DNA of 64,000 nucleotides from Nitrospirota bacterium (GCA_009773185.1 WPIF01000008.1:77597-141596); one strand, 5' to 3'. Counted from the first letter of the stretch, positions 28,698 to 38,151 are shown. Numbers and translations are program-made. Notes: generated by a model not told the origin, from the sequence alone.

Positions 28698-31593
28698 CTT
28701 TATAACTTCTAATCTCTATTCCTTTATAGATTTTCATTGCCCCGCCATTCTCAGTTGTAATATTAAAAATGAACTGTGACACTACACTGGGTGATAATGC
28801 TTGCAATTCCCAGTTCAAAGTATAGGCGCCGCCGGGAGGTAGAACTTCCGGAATTTTTGAGTCCGAACTCCCCTTTACGCTGCCGGGGAATTTTACACTG
28901 ACCCTTAAATTCTTCAACTCGACGTTACTCTCATTAACAAGAGTTAAATTTGCAAAAAATCTCTCGCCTGTTTTAACAATTTCAGGCATTTTCAGCGACC
29001 ATGAAAATAGCGGCATGACCTGAAATGGGACTACTGCATAAAAATGTTTTTCCATACCGAGCACTTTGACTATCACGCCGTAAGAATTGGCAGCGGATAA
29101 GTTCACCGGCAAGCGATATGATCTGGAGATTTTATAAGTCTTCCCGCGATTCAGGTCTATTTTTTCTGTAAATGATTTCAGCACGGAATCCGGCCATTTC
29201 TTGGATGTCGGATCATCATTTATCAGAGCAATCTCGACATTGCCCCTGAGTGTACTGTCCAGTACATTTTCGACTGCAATATCCATCAAGACTTCATCTC
29301 CAACACGGTATATCTCCTTATTCAGTTGAATTCTTACTGCCGAGTTCAGTGGAGGTGAACAAGTCCAATGCCCGATACCCCAGTATCCTTGCAGGCAGAG
29401 ATGCTCTAACCAATTCGCAATATAATTGAAATTCTGGTTCGGCTCCTTGCAAGGGGTGTTATACCCGAATGTCACATCGGAATTATTATCTGATACCTCC
29501 TGGGGCGCCCAGCCAGCCCCTGCCATAATCACATCGTCATCTGCTTTCTTGGTAGCAACACCCCGTGTGCTTCCAAACGTTGCGCGTGTCTCCGGCTGCA
29601 TGGAAGGGTATTCATGGGGGTGTAGTATATACCACTGTTCAGCCATCGTGCTGCTCTTAATTCGCGCTTCAGTCCATGTGTCGAAATTCCAGTTATACCC
29701 TCCGAATTCAACAGCCGCATCAGCGGTGGCAGGATGTGCCGGAATGCCGACAGCCCTCAAGAGCGCGGTAAGTATATTCGCCTCATCCGCGCATTGCGCT
29801 GATGAATGATTCGTCAACAGATCAATTACATCATTGGTGTGATAATTCAGGTCGTATATAAAGTGATTTGCAACCCAATCGTGCAGAAGTTTGGCAGATA
29901 TGTAAGAATCGACCTGCCCGTTAACCTCTTTAATTGCAGCGCCAAAAACACGGCTATCGTCCGGATGCAGAGTGTAAGTAAGCGCCCTGTCGCTTCCCCA
30001 GCCCGAACCGAACCAAATTCCGATTTCACCCTTATCGCTCAGTCCGAATTCCGCGGGAGCTGATACTTCCGAGGGGCTGAAAATCACATAAAACGGCATC
30101 GATTCACTTATACTACCGGCATTTGAAGTTAGTTTCAGAGTCGCTTTATACTCTCCGACAGGTATTTCATCCGGGATAAGATTCCACAGGGAACTGCTCC
30201 AGTCCCACGAACCGCTCCAATAACCGCCTGAGAAGGTTAGGAGTATAGTCTTTGCCAGTCGCCCCTTGGAATCCGTAATTTCAACGCTGACACTTGTTGC
30301 ATCATCCCTGCCCTTAACCATAAAGTATGGAGAGCATCCTGTCCCACGCGTATAAACTAACGCTTCCACCGATGTTTCCCCTGCTTCGGGCTTAAAGAAT
30401 TCATGCCCGTTCTTCATTATGAGAAGTTCTTTTTGTTTGACCATCCCTTCATTGACCTTTACAGGAATAGATGAGGGACTGGTGCACGCTCCAAGAGACT
30501 GAGTCACGGTTATTATCTCTCCTCCGACTGCAGGATGAATGAGATTGATTTTTGCGCCACCGCCGTCTCCTATAGGTGTCCCGTCGGCATAAATACGTAT
30601 ACGGGCGTCAGGAGCAGTGCCTGATACGATTATAAAGTCATCTCCCGCACAAATAGGAGATACGGTTGGAGCGGGAAGTTCGACGCAAGGCTTAACAGTT
30701 GTCGGGTCTGACGGGTCGCTTATAATATTGCACAGTTTTTGAATTGAAGTTAATTGGTCTCCTGCCGAAGGTTGAGGATCCAGTCTGAATATCTGGCTTC
30801 CACCAGAGCAGTAATGCCCGGCAATTTTCTGGTTTCCATTATACACTTCAACCATTGCTCCGTTGGTAATATTGTCGACTGTGCAGTATTTACCCCCTTC
30901 ATATACTTCCCTCACTGAAGGCTTAGGTAAAGATACGGGAGTTTCCAAAACAGTTTCCATATCCGATTTCGGACTGGTCTTTTGGCAGAGCTTTTCAGTT
31001 GCATGTACTTTTTGATCTTTGACAAATTGTGGATTTACGAAAAGCCATTGACCTGCTCCACAGCCGTTTACATCGCCGACAAGGTTACCATCTGCAAACA
31101 CTTCCAAGAGTCCGCCTTGCGCCAGGTTGCCGACACCTATTGCTCCTCCACAATTGTACAAGGGTATAGGACGAATTTTAGGCTTTGGTAGTCCTTCAGG
31201 GTGTGTTTCAAAAAATGATACAACCTTTACCGGCTTGGACGGTGGACTTGTTACACCGTCTACGGTTTGTGTAGCAGTAATAAGCTGTCCGGCGACTAGG
31301 GGAGGGTTAACTGAAAAGCTTTGCCCCCATGGCGCATCCGATACTCCTCCACCGATGTGTGTAGCATTATCAGCATAAATATCAATTTTAGCCCCAGGTA
31401 CAAAGCCCTGAACAGATACAGCAGTTGCACACTCATAGAGAGGGGAGCTAACTGTAAGCGGCGACAATCTGGATTCTTCATCATAATCAGGTTTTGGCGG
31501 TTTTGGACAAAATGGTGGGCAACACCCCCCCAGATAGAGAATCAGGATTGCTAATAATACGAAGAAATTCCACCTGCTGGATAAAGATTTCAT
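28675..31593 (-). CDS. Large lipoprotein with repeated Ig-like modules and a transglutaminase-like domain
   Basis: YLGGC lipobox; four ~85-aa P-x-V...GA.I.IYADG...ITATQ repeats; QCADEANILTALLRAVGIPA; CARDB-like C-terminal domains. Confidence 0.85.
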   Translation of the reverse strand: MKSLSSRWNFFVLLAILILYLGGCCPPFCPKPPKPDYDEESRLSPLTVSSPLYECATAVSVQGFVPGAKIDIYADNATHIGGGVSDAPWGQSFSVNPPLVAGQLITATQTVDGVTSPPSKPVKVVSFFETHPEGLPKPKIRPIPLYNCGGAIGVGNLAQGGLLEVFADGNLVGDVNGCGAGQWLFVNPQFVKDQKVHATEKLCQKTSPKSDMETVLETPVSLPKPSVREVYEGGKYCTVDNITNGAMVEVYNGNQKIAGHYCSGGSQIFRLDPQPSAGDQLTSIQKLCNIISDPSDPTTVKPCVELPAPTVSPICAGDDFIIVSGTAPDARIRIYADGTPIGDGGGAKINLIHPAVGGEIITVTQSLGACTSPSSIPVKVNEGMVKQKELLIMKNGHEFFKPEAGETSVEALVYTRGTGCSPYFMVKGRDDATSVSVEITDSKGRLAKTILLTFSGGYWSGSWDWSSSLWNLIPDEIPVGEYKATLKLTSNAGSISESMPFYVIFSPSEVSAPAEFGLSDKGEIGIWFGSGWGSDRALTYTLHPDDSRVFGAAIKEVNGQVDSYISAKLLHDWVANHFIYDLNYHTNDVIDLLTNHSSAQCADEANILTALLRAVGIPAHPATADAAVEFGGYNWNFDTWTEARIKSSTMAEQWYILHPHEYPSMQPETRATFGSTRGVATKKADDDVIMAGAGWAPQEVSDNNSDVTFGYNTPCKEPNQNFNYIANWLEHLCLQGYWGIGHWTCSPPLNSAVRIQLNKEIYRVGDEVLMDIAVENVLDSTLRGNVEIALINDDPTSKKWPDSVLKSFTEKIDLNRGKTYKISRSYRLPVNLSAANSYGVIVKVLGMEKHFYAVVPFQVMPLFSWSLKMPEIVKTGERFFANLTLVNESNVELKNLRVSVKFPGSVKGSSDSKIPEVLPPGGAYTLNWELQALSPSVVSQFIFNITTENGGAMKIYKGIEIRSYKAKDERRH

Positions 31594-31632
31594 TTACCTT
31601 CCTCCTTTATGTAATTTTTTCTGCCTGCACTG

Positions 31633-31731
31633 AGCAGATAACTTGCTCATTCCGGATTGCGCTTATTCGATTTAATTTCAGGCCTACTATAATCAAACCC
31701 TTTCTCTGTCAATGGCGTCTCTCGTCCTTGG
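31633..31731. repeat. 99-bp direct repeat copy E
   Basis: Identical to 28599-28697, including the 3' codons of the transglutaminase gene. Confidence 0.93.
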
Positions 31732-31843
31732 TGCGGGCAGGAAAGTATATTGTTTTCTCAAAAATAAATCTGTCCCCTTTTTGCACTTTTTGCATTTAAA
31801 ACATGCCGGATCCTTATTGTTTTTCTATGCAAGGCTGTTTTCT

Positions 31844-33052
31844 CTACTTTATCTTTAGTCTTTCCAAGCCGCTGATTACATCCCCGCCGATGTTTAAAGA
31901 AATCGGCAATGTGTGTGTGTCTCCTCTCTCGTCTCTGACTTCTGTCTGAATCTCCCATACAGGTGAAAACCTGCCAATCGGGGCCAGCGCGGGTTTGTAC
32001 CGCAGTTCAGGAACTGCTGTTTTAACTATTTCGCCTTTATATGCACGAAATTTCTTACGCAACGTGCTGTTAATCGCCTCCATGTCAATGATATATTTCT
32101 GCTGATGCTTGAAGTAACGGAGTTCTTCGAATGAGCCGTCATAGGCATTGAAGATGGCTGCCAATCGGGAATCTTTAAACGGGATCAAGTAATAGGAATA
32201 GGTGTCTGCTTTTACCAGTATCGGTTTCTCAGTCCTGATATCTCCTTTCAGAACCTCGAAGGATTTCCGGGCGAGTCTTCCTTCTCTCGCTTTTCTGAGC
32301 CAATCAGAAAAGTATCGCTCGATTTTTTCCACAGGAAGAATCTTCCCTTCCAAAACCCATTTGGGCGCTCTGACGGTTATTTTTGCCTTTGGCGGCTCGA
32401 TTATGGCGATGTACTTGTTGTGCCATGCGCTGCCGGCTTTGTTCAGGGGAACCCCCCAGTATGAAGAGCTTGACAGCCAGACAGCGCCACTCACCCACAT
32501 TGAGGAGGGATTCCCTGGTAAGGGATCATAGAAGAATATGTTCTGCAAGGTGACAACTCCGGAAAAAGGAGGTTTTACATCACTCTGAAATCCGATTACA
32601 GTTACCCAGTGCTCGCTGTCGCCAACCGATACCGGCATCAGATATTTTTGGGTGTCAATGTAATACAACATTTTTCCAAGAACAGTGAATTTGTCCGTAT
32701 TCGAATAGTCAGACCAGTGGCCGCAGGGTAAAATAGCAGGGTCACTCAATACGCCTCTGACGCCAGCCGGACTGCTGAACCACAGCGCGGGCTCGGAATT
32801 GTGCAATACGATTGAATTGTATATATCGTCCTGACTGTTGTAGTGCCGGGCGGTCAAGGTAGGGCAGGAATTGAGAGACATCTGAACACAGGCCGGTCCG
32901 CTGTAATGGTCTTGCTCCGCAACATAAGGCAAGGGAGGAACCGGCTGAACATCAGGCAACATTAGAGAATAACACATAGCGCTGCTTGCAGCGAATGTTA
33001 GTTGAAACAGTACGACTGCCAGAACTGTCAAAAATAAATATTTGGTTTTCAT
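31844..33052 (-). CDS. Secreted protein with C39-like papain-fold domain (Ser at the expected catalytic Cys)
   Basis: Signal peptide; EQDHYSGPACVQM, SQDDIY, HWVTVIG, FFYDP. Confidence 0.65.
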   Translation of the reverse strand: MKTKYLFLTVLAVVLFQLTFAASSAMCYSLMLPDVQPVPPLPYVAEQDHYSGPACVQMSLNSCPTLTARHYNSQDDIYNSIVLHNSEPALWFSSPAGVRGVLSDPAILPCGHWSDYSNTDKFTVLGKMLYYIDTQKYLMPVSVGDSEHWVTVIGFQSDVKPPFSGVVTLQNIFFYDPLPGNPSSMWVSGAVWLSSSSYWGVPLNKAGSAWHNKYIAIIEPPKAKITVRAPKWVLEGKILPVEKIERYFSDWLRKAREGRLARKSFEVLKGDIRTEKPILVKADTYSYYLIPFKDSRLAAIFNAYDGSFEELRYFKHQQKYIIDMEAINSTLRKKFRAYKGEIVKTAVPELRYKPALAPIGRFSPVWEIQTEVRDERGDTHTLPISLNIGGDVISGLERLKIK

Positions 33053-33069
33053 TTTTTTTGCCTCCTGTA

Positions 33070-34524
33070 TTATGGTCTATCAATAGTTACATGCCAGGTG
33101 TCTTCCACGGCGTGATAGATCAGACCATAGCCATTTGTGGTTCGTTTGCTCGCTGTTAGCCTGAACTGGTATGCACAGTCAGACATTATCGCTGGGGTAT
33201 AGGTATTACCTTTATAATCAGTGATGTAGCCGAAGCCGCCCTGCCATAACGGACTGCCTCCTGCATTGTTATTGTAATTGTCTTCAGCTTTGCTGGGTGC
33301 TGTTGGCTTGGGACTGACAGACGCATTATGCCCGTAGATTGCATTCAGCGCATAGTCCTGCAGGTGTCCGCGCTGATCGTAGGCGCGGAAGTTCACACTG
33401 ATTTTATCGCTTATGCCTGTGCCGAAGTTGAGAATTTGGCATACACTTTTGCTGACCCCGTTGAGTTTCATATCCAGAATCTTCACTGTAGGCGGGGTAT
33501 TGTCTATCTGGAGAACTATTTCGCCATAGTTGGGGTCAATGATAATATCCGAACTTGTAGCCGGTATCAAAGTTGTACCTGACTGCTTATATGCAGCTAT
33601 CCTGAACCTGGTGAGTCCATCTGTTACCAGAGTGGAGTTAAATATGGCTACACGGTCAAACCATGACCATGGCGTGTTCGGCCTAACGAAATATGGCACT
33701 CTGTAAAGATTATTTATGCCTCCGTAAGAGACAGGCCCCATTGATTCGGACACCCAGTGCCAGTTAAGCGGATTTGGATCTGACGTGCTATACCACTTGT
33801 TGGGCAATGATGTTTCGATATCGGCCCATGTGATCCCGCCGTCTGCACTGTACTGCACTTTGTAGTAGGCAATTTGAGATTGACTTCCAAACCAGCCGAA
33901 CATGTGTAAGGCGCTGCCGTAAGGCTGGTCAGTGTTTGCTCCGGTAAAACTGTACGGCGCTTTCCGGGGGCGATGATAGCCTTGACTGGTAACAACGCTC
34001 CCTTTAGAGTCAATATTTGCCGTCTCGTGATTGCCGATTCTTGTGAACAGGAAAAGTTTGTTGTTCGGAACCGAGCCGGGGGTTACTGCCGGATTAGAGC
34101 AGACAGCCAGCGGCGATGCCACGTTCAACGATATAGTTGCGGCAGATGCCACATTCCAGTGCGTCCCTGAAGCATTTTCTTCGTAAATAGCTTCGGCAGA
34201 TCCGTTGGTATTCTGGGTGAACACAAAGATAATATCCGGTCCGCCAATTTCAAAGCCACCTCCGGAGGGCCATGTAAATGTTAATGTAAAATTACCGCTT
34301 TCATTTACAGTTGCAGTTGCCAAAGCCGGACTGTTAATTGCATACGAACCGCCGGGCAAAGGATCGATTTCAAAAACTTTAACCACGGCTCCATAGGGTA
34401 CCCAGCCAGACATTGTGCATTCGGCATGGCCATTGACTGTGTAGGCAAACGCCTGGCTGTTACCAGCGGCAAGAACGAGCACAGCTACCAGACAAATCAG
34501 CCACATTGTTTTTGTGAGTTTCAT
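33070..34524 (-). CDS. Hypothetical secreted beta-rich protein
   Basis: Signal peptide (SQAFA), RBS GGGAGG, YYKVQYS, IDNTPP, CAYQFRL..KRTTNGY. Confidence 0.8.
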   Translation of the reverse strand: MKLTKTMWLICLVAVLVLAAGNSQAFAYTVNGHAECTMSGWVPYGAVVKVFEIDPLPGGSYAINSPALATATVNESGNFTLTFTWPSGGGFEIGGPDIIFVFTQNTNGSAEAIYEENASGTHWNVASAATISLNVASPLAVCSNPAVTPGSVPNNKLFLFTRIGNHETANIDSKGSVVTSQGYHRPRKAPYSFTGANTDQPYGSALHMFGWFGSQSQIAYYKVQYSADGGITWADIETSLPNKWYSTSDPNPLNWHWVSESMGPVSYGGINNLYRVPYFVRPNTPWSWFDRVAIFNSTLVTDGLTRFRIAAYKQSGTTLIPATSSDIIIDPNYGEIVLQIDNTPPTVKILDMKLNGVSKSVCQILNFGTGISDKISVNFRAYDQRGHLQDYALNAIYGHNASVSPKPTAPSKAEDNYNNNAGGSPLWQGGFGYITDYKGNTYTPAIMSDCAYQFRLTASKRTTNGYGLIYHAVEDTWHVTIDRP

Positions 34525-34527
34525 TTT

Positions 34528-34614
34528 TTACCTCCCTTTAAATATTTTTCCCTTCCCGAACCGTCTGTAGATACCACCCTTTTTTGTTTTTACAACGTTC
34601 ATTTTCGTTTTCAT
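34528..34614 (-). CDS. Possible 28-aa basic peptide MKTKMNVVKTKKGGIYRRFGKGKIFKGR
   Basis: GGAAGGAGG RBS upstream; its stop abuts the start of the next gene. Confidence 0.3.
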   Translation of the reverse strand: MKTKMNVVKTKKGGIYRRFGKGKIFKGR

Positions 34615-34641
34615 AAATAGCCTCCTTCCATCTCCCCGCCC

Positions 34642-34767
34642 GCACTGAGTAGATAACTTAACTTGTTCGTATTCGCATTGCGTATACATCCTCAAAATTT
34701 GAATGATAGACGCAATATAAACCGACTTTTCAGGCTTACTATAATCAACCCTCTTCCCCATGTCAAT
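34642..34767 (-). repeat. Cassette-head repeat copy F (promoter 34734-34767, GATAAC box 34642-34670)
   Basis: gcttactataatcaaccctcttccccatgtcaat reads TTGACA-N17-TATAGT on the minus strand; gcactgagtagataacttaacttgttcgt. Confidence 0.82.
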
Positions 34768-35082
34768 TCCCTAGGAATCATCAATTTTCCGGCGGGCAGG
34801 TGGGATGATTTGCTCGAATAAAACACTATAACTAGTTGAAATAACGATATTTTTCTTAGCCTTAAATCCTAATTTTTATGCGCTGAAATCAGAGTTACTA
34901 ACAACGCGCTTGCAATAAATGTAATAAAAAAGCCAAGAAATGTAATGTTTTTCTATGAAAGTACGATGTATCTTTCATCTTGACATCACTATAGCCCTCT
35001 CTTTATTATTAAGGCGCTCTGACATTATGTCTCTGCCGAGTTAGGGCTGGTTATCCTGAAGCTTTTTATTAAAGGGGAAGAT

Positions 35083-35811
35083 TTGAAAAGGAAATCCATC
35101 CTTCTGGTTGAAGATGATGCAGGAGTACGGATTACACTAAGGGAACTTATCGAACAAGAATATGCTGTGTTCGAGGCCTCGGATTATGCGGAGGCAGTTG
35201 AGCAATTAAAAAATCCTATAGATATTGCCCTTATTGACTATGTCCTGCCTGGTATTGACGGATTTGAATTAATAAAGACTATAAGGAAAGTTAAGCCATC
35301 ATTGCCTGTGATCGTTATGACAGGGTTTAGCACTGAAAGCGTAATGATGAAGGCTGTCAGAACAGGGGTGACGGATTACATAAAAAAACCCCTGAACCTT
35401 GCACATCTAAAGAGGAGATTATCGTGTTTGCTTGAGGGTAAAGAGGAAGATGCATATTCTGAAGGCGTGGGAACAAGAGAAAGATTTATTATAGACGGCA
35501 TAGTCAGCTTCATAGATGAGCATTACATGGAAGACCTGTCGCTTGAGAATTTATCTGAAAAGATTTGCATAAACAAATACAAATTGTGCAAAACATTTAA
35601 GGAAAAAACCGGCTGCGGCATCAAGTCATATTTAAACAGCGTGAGGATAAAAAATGCCTCTGAACTTTTAAAAAGCCATAATTTAAATATTACCGAGATT
35701 GCTTCTTTTGTGGGGTTTGACAATATGGTAAGTTTTTATCGGGCCTTCAGGGGAATATACGGGGTGTCGCCAAGGGAATATCGGGAAAATACCAGGAAAG
35801 CAATGATGTAA
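35083..35811 (+). CDS. Response regulator, REC plus AraC-type HTH
   Basis: ILLVEDD, ALIDY.LPGIDG, MTG, DYIKKP; C-terminal NITEIASFVGF...FYRAFR..YGVSPREYR. Confidence 0.92.
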   Translation: MKRKSILLVEDDAGVRITLRELIEQEYAVFEASDYAEAVEQLKNPIDIALIDYVLPGIDGFELIKTIRKVKPSLPVIVMTGFSTESVMMKAVRTGVTDYIKKPLNLAHLKRRLSCLLEGKEEDAYSEGVGTRERFIIDGIVSFIDEHYMEDLSLENLSEKICINKYKLCKTFKEKTGCGIKSYLNSVRIKNASELLKSHNLNITEIASFVGFDNMVSFYRAFRGIYGVSPREYRENTRKAMM

Positions 35812-35907
35812 TATACAGGCAGCTTGCCGCAATCATGGCGAACTGTCAATCACAGACTTCTGCCCGCAAAATAACAATCCATACAATGAAAATGTTACGA
35901 TAATATC

Positions 35908-36924
35908 ATGCAATTTGTTGATTATACGAAGATCTATGTAAAGGCCGGCGACGGAGGAAGGGGATGTGTTGCCTTCAGAAGGGAGAAGTATGTTCCCCAT
36001 GGCGGGCCAAGCGGCGGTGACGGCGGAAGAGGAGGGCATATCATATTCAAGGCCACAAAAAACCTGAACACTCTCCTTGACCTTAGGTACCAGCGTGAAT
36101 ACAAGGCCCAAAGAGGCCAGCACGGCATGGGCAAAAAAATGCATGGCAAAAATGGCGAAGACCGTATTGTTTTTGTTCCCGTCGGCACGATAATAAAAGA
36201 CGCTGATACAGAAGAAATCCTTGCTGACCTTGATAAAGAAGATGCTGAAGTTATAATTGCAAAAGCAGGCAGGGGCGGGCTTGGAAACGCACACTTTGCA
36301 ACTGCCGTAAAACAGGCCCCGAGACATGCGCAGCCGGGCGAAGAAGGCGAAGAAAAGAATCTTGTCATTGAATTAAAACTTCTGGCTGATGTGGGGTTGA
36401 TGGGGCTTCCGAATGCAGGCAAGTCAACATTGATATCAGTGATATCTTCCGCAAGGCCGAAGATTGCGGATTATCCGTTTACAACGCTTGTTCCCAATCT
36501 CGGAGTTGTAAAAGTAGGAGACTACAGGAGCTTTGTTGTCGCGGATATTCCGGGCCTGATTGAAGGCGCTCATAAAGGCGCAGGATTGGGCTTTCAGTTC
36601 CTGCGTCATGTAGAGCGCACCTCCATATTATTACATCTTGTGGATGTCTCGGATATATTAGAGAGCGACCCTGTTGAAGATTTTAAGAAGATTAACAGGG
36701 AACTTGAACTTTACAGCCCTGAGCTTATGAAAAAGCCTCAGACGGTTGTGGGGACAAAGATTGATATTGCAGGTGATGAAAAGAGGCTTAATAAGCTTAA
36801 GAAATACTGCAAGTCAAAAAAGATAGATTTTTTCCCGGTATCCGCAGCAGCAAATAAGGGCATTAAAAAACTTCTCGCTTACCTTGCTGTAAAGGTTGAG
36901 AGTAAGCGAAAAAGTGATGTATAA
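35908..36924 (+). CDS. obg: GTPase Obg/CgtA
   Basis: FVDYTKIYVKAGDGGRG, GLPNAGKST, YPFTTL, DIPGLIEGA. Confidence 0.97.
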   Translation: MQFVDYTKIYVKAGDGGRGCVAFRREKYVPHGGPSGGDGGRGGHIIFKATKNLNTLLDLRYQREYKAQRGQHGMGKKMHGKNGEDRIVFVPVGTIIKDADTEEILADLDKEDAEVIIAKAGRGGLGNAHFATAVKQAPRHAQPGEEGEEKNLVIELKLLADVGLMGLPNAGKSTLISVISSARPKIADYPFTTLVPNLGVVKVGDYRSFVVADIPGLIEGAHKGAGLGFQFLRHVERTSILLHLVDVSDILESDPVEDFKKINRELELYSPELMKKPQTVVGTKIDIAGDEKRLNKLKKYCKSKKIDFFPVSAAANKGIKKLLAYLAVKVESKRKSDV

Positions 36925-36933
36925 TTCAGAACT

Positions 36934-38031
36934 ATGAAAAAGATTGTTGTAAAAATAGGGAGCAATATACTTGCCGATGAGAAAGAAGGGCTTGATACGA
37001 GGCGCATCTCATCAATAGCATCAGACATATCTGAACTCCAGGATATGGGGTATGCTGTTGTGCTTGTATCTTCAGGAGCTGTTGCTGCCGGAATGAGAAA
37101 ACTCGGGTTAAAGGAAAAGCCGAAGGATGTGCAGCTCAAACAGGCCGCGGCAGCAGTAGGGCAGTCAAGCCTTATGTGGGCTTACGAGAAGGGTTTCGGA
37201 GAGCACGGGAAGAAGGTTGCCCAGATACTTCTTACGCGGGACGATTTCTCTGACAGGGAAAGATATATCAATTCCAAGAACACATTGTTTACATTGCTTC
37301 AATACGGCATTGTGCCGGTAATCAATGAAAACGATACCGTTGCAACTGACGAAATAAAATTCGGCGACAATGACCATCTTGCCTCTCTGGTTGCAGGGCT
37401 TGTTGAGGCTGAAAGGCTGGTTATACTCTCTGATGTTGAAGGCCTCTGTTCTGCCGACCCGGGGAAAAGCAATAAGGCAGTCCTCATAAAAACAGTTGAT
37501 GAAATAACATCCGGCATTGAAGCCTCTGCCGGAGCCGCAGGGAGCGCTGTCGGCACAGGAGGGATGTATTCAAAGGTTCTCGCTGCAAAAAAAGCCGTGA
37601 ACAACGGAATTACAGTAAATATAATAAGCGGCAAAAAAAGTGGATTGATAATATCCCTGTTAAAAGGGAATTCTCACGGGACCGAGTTCAGGGCCAAGAA
37701 AGAAAGGCTCTCATCAAGGCAGGGCTGGATAGTTTACGGCAGCCGCGCTAAAGGAACTCTTCATCTTGATGCCGGAGCTGTTAAGGCGCTCCTGCACGGG
37801 GGGAAAAGCCTTCTGCCTTCGGGAGTTGTCTCGCTTGACGGTAATTTTGAGACAGGAGACGCTGTTTATTGCGTTGATTCAGCGGAAAAGCGTATTGCGA
37901 AAGGAATAACGAATTATTCTTCCGCTGAGATAAACAAGATAAAAGGCAAAAAGACATCCGAGATAGAGAAGGTTCTTGGTTACAGATACTCTGACGAGGT
38001 AATCCACAGGGACAATCTTGTGGTTTTGTAA
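36934..38031 (+). CDS. proB: Glutamate 5-kinase
   Basis: VVKIGS, VSSGAV, INENDTV, FGDND, GTGGM, PUA domain (IHRDNLV). Confidence 0.96.
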   Translation: MKKIVVKIGSNILADEKEGLDTRRISSIASDISELQDMGYAVVLVSSGAVAAGMRKLGLKEKPKDVQLKQAAAAVGQSSLMWAYEKGFGEHGKKVAQILLTRDDFSDRERYINSKNTLFTLLQYGIVPVINENDTVATDEIKFGDNDHLASLVAGLVEAERLVILSDVEGLCSADPGKSNKAVLIKTVDEITSGIEASAGAAGSAVGTGGMYSKVLAAKKAVNNGITVNIISGKKSGLIISLLKGNSHGTEFRAKKERLSSRQGWIVYGSRAKGTLHLDAGAVKALLHGGKSLLPSGVVSLDGNFETGDAVYCVDSAEKRIAKGITNYSSAEINKIKGKKTSEIEKVLGYRYSDEVIHRDNLVVL

Positions 38032-38151
38032 GCCTCTCTTTCCTGGGGCATCGATGGGATTGACCGACTCAAAACCTTTCTGCTATAGTCCTGTAACTAT
38101 CTAATAACTGGTTATACGTGAAATTGTAGGCATAGAAAGGAGATCATTAAT

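Noticed and set aside
20391-34767. The ~34-bp repeats as a CRISPR array
   Set aside because: The spacers are 1-4.5 kb of genes, the repeats are not palindromic, and no cas genes are present.
20391-34767. The repeats as canonical integron attC sites
   Set aside because: They lack RYYYAAC...GTTRRRY with paired L boxes, they sit at gene 5' ends, and no intI is in the window.
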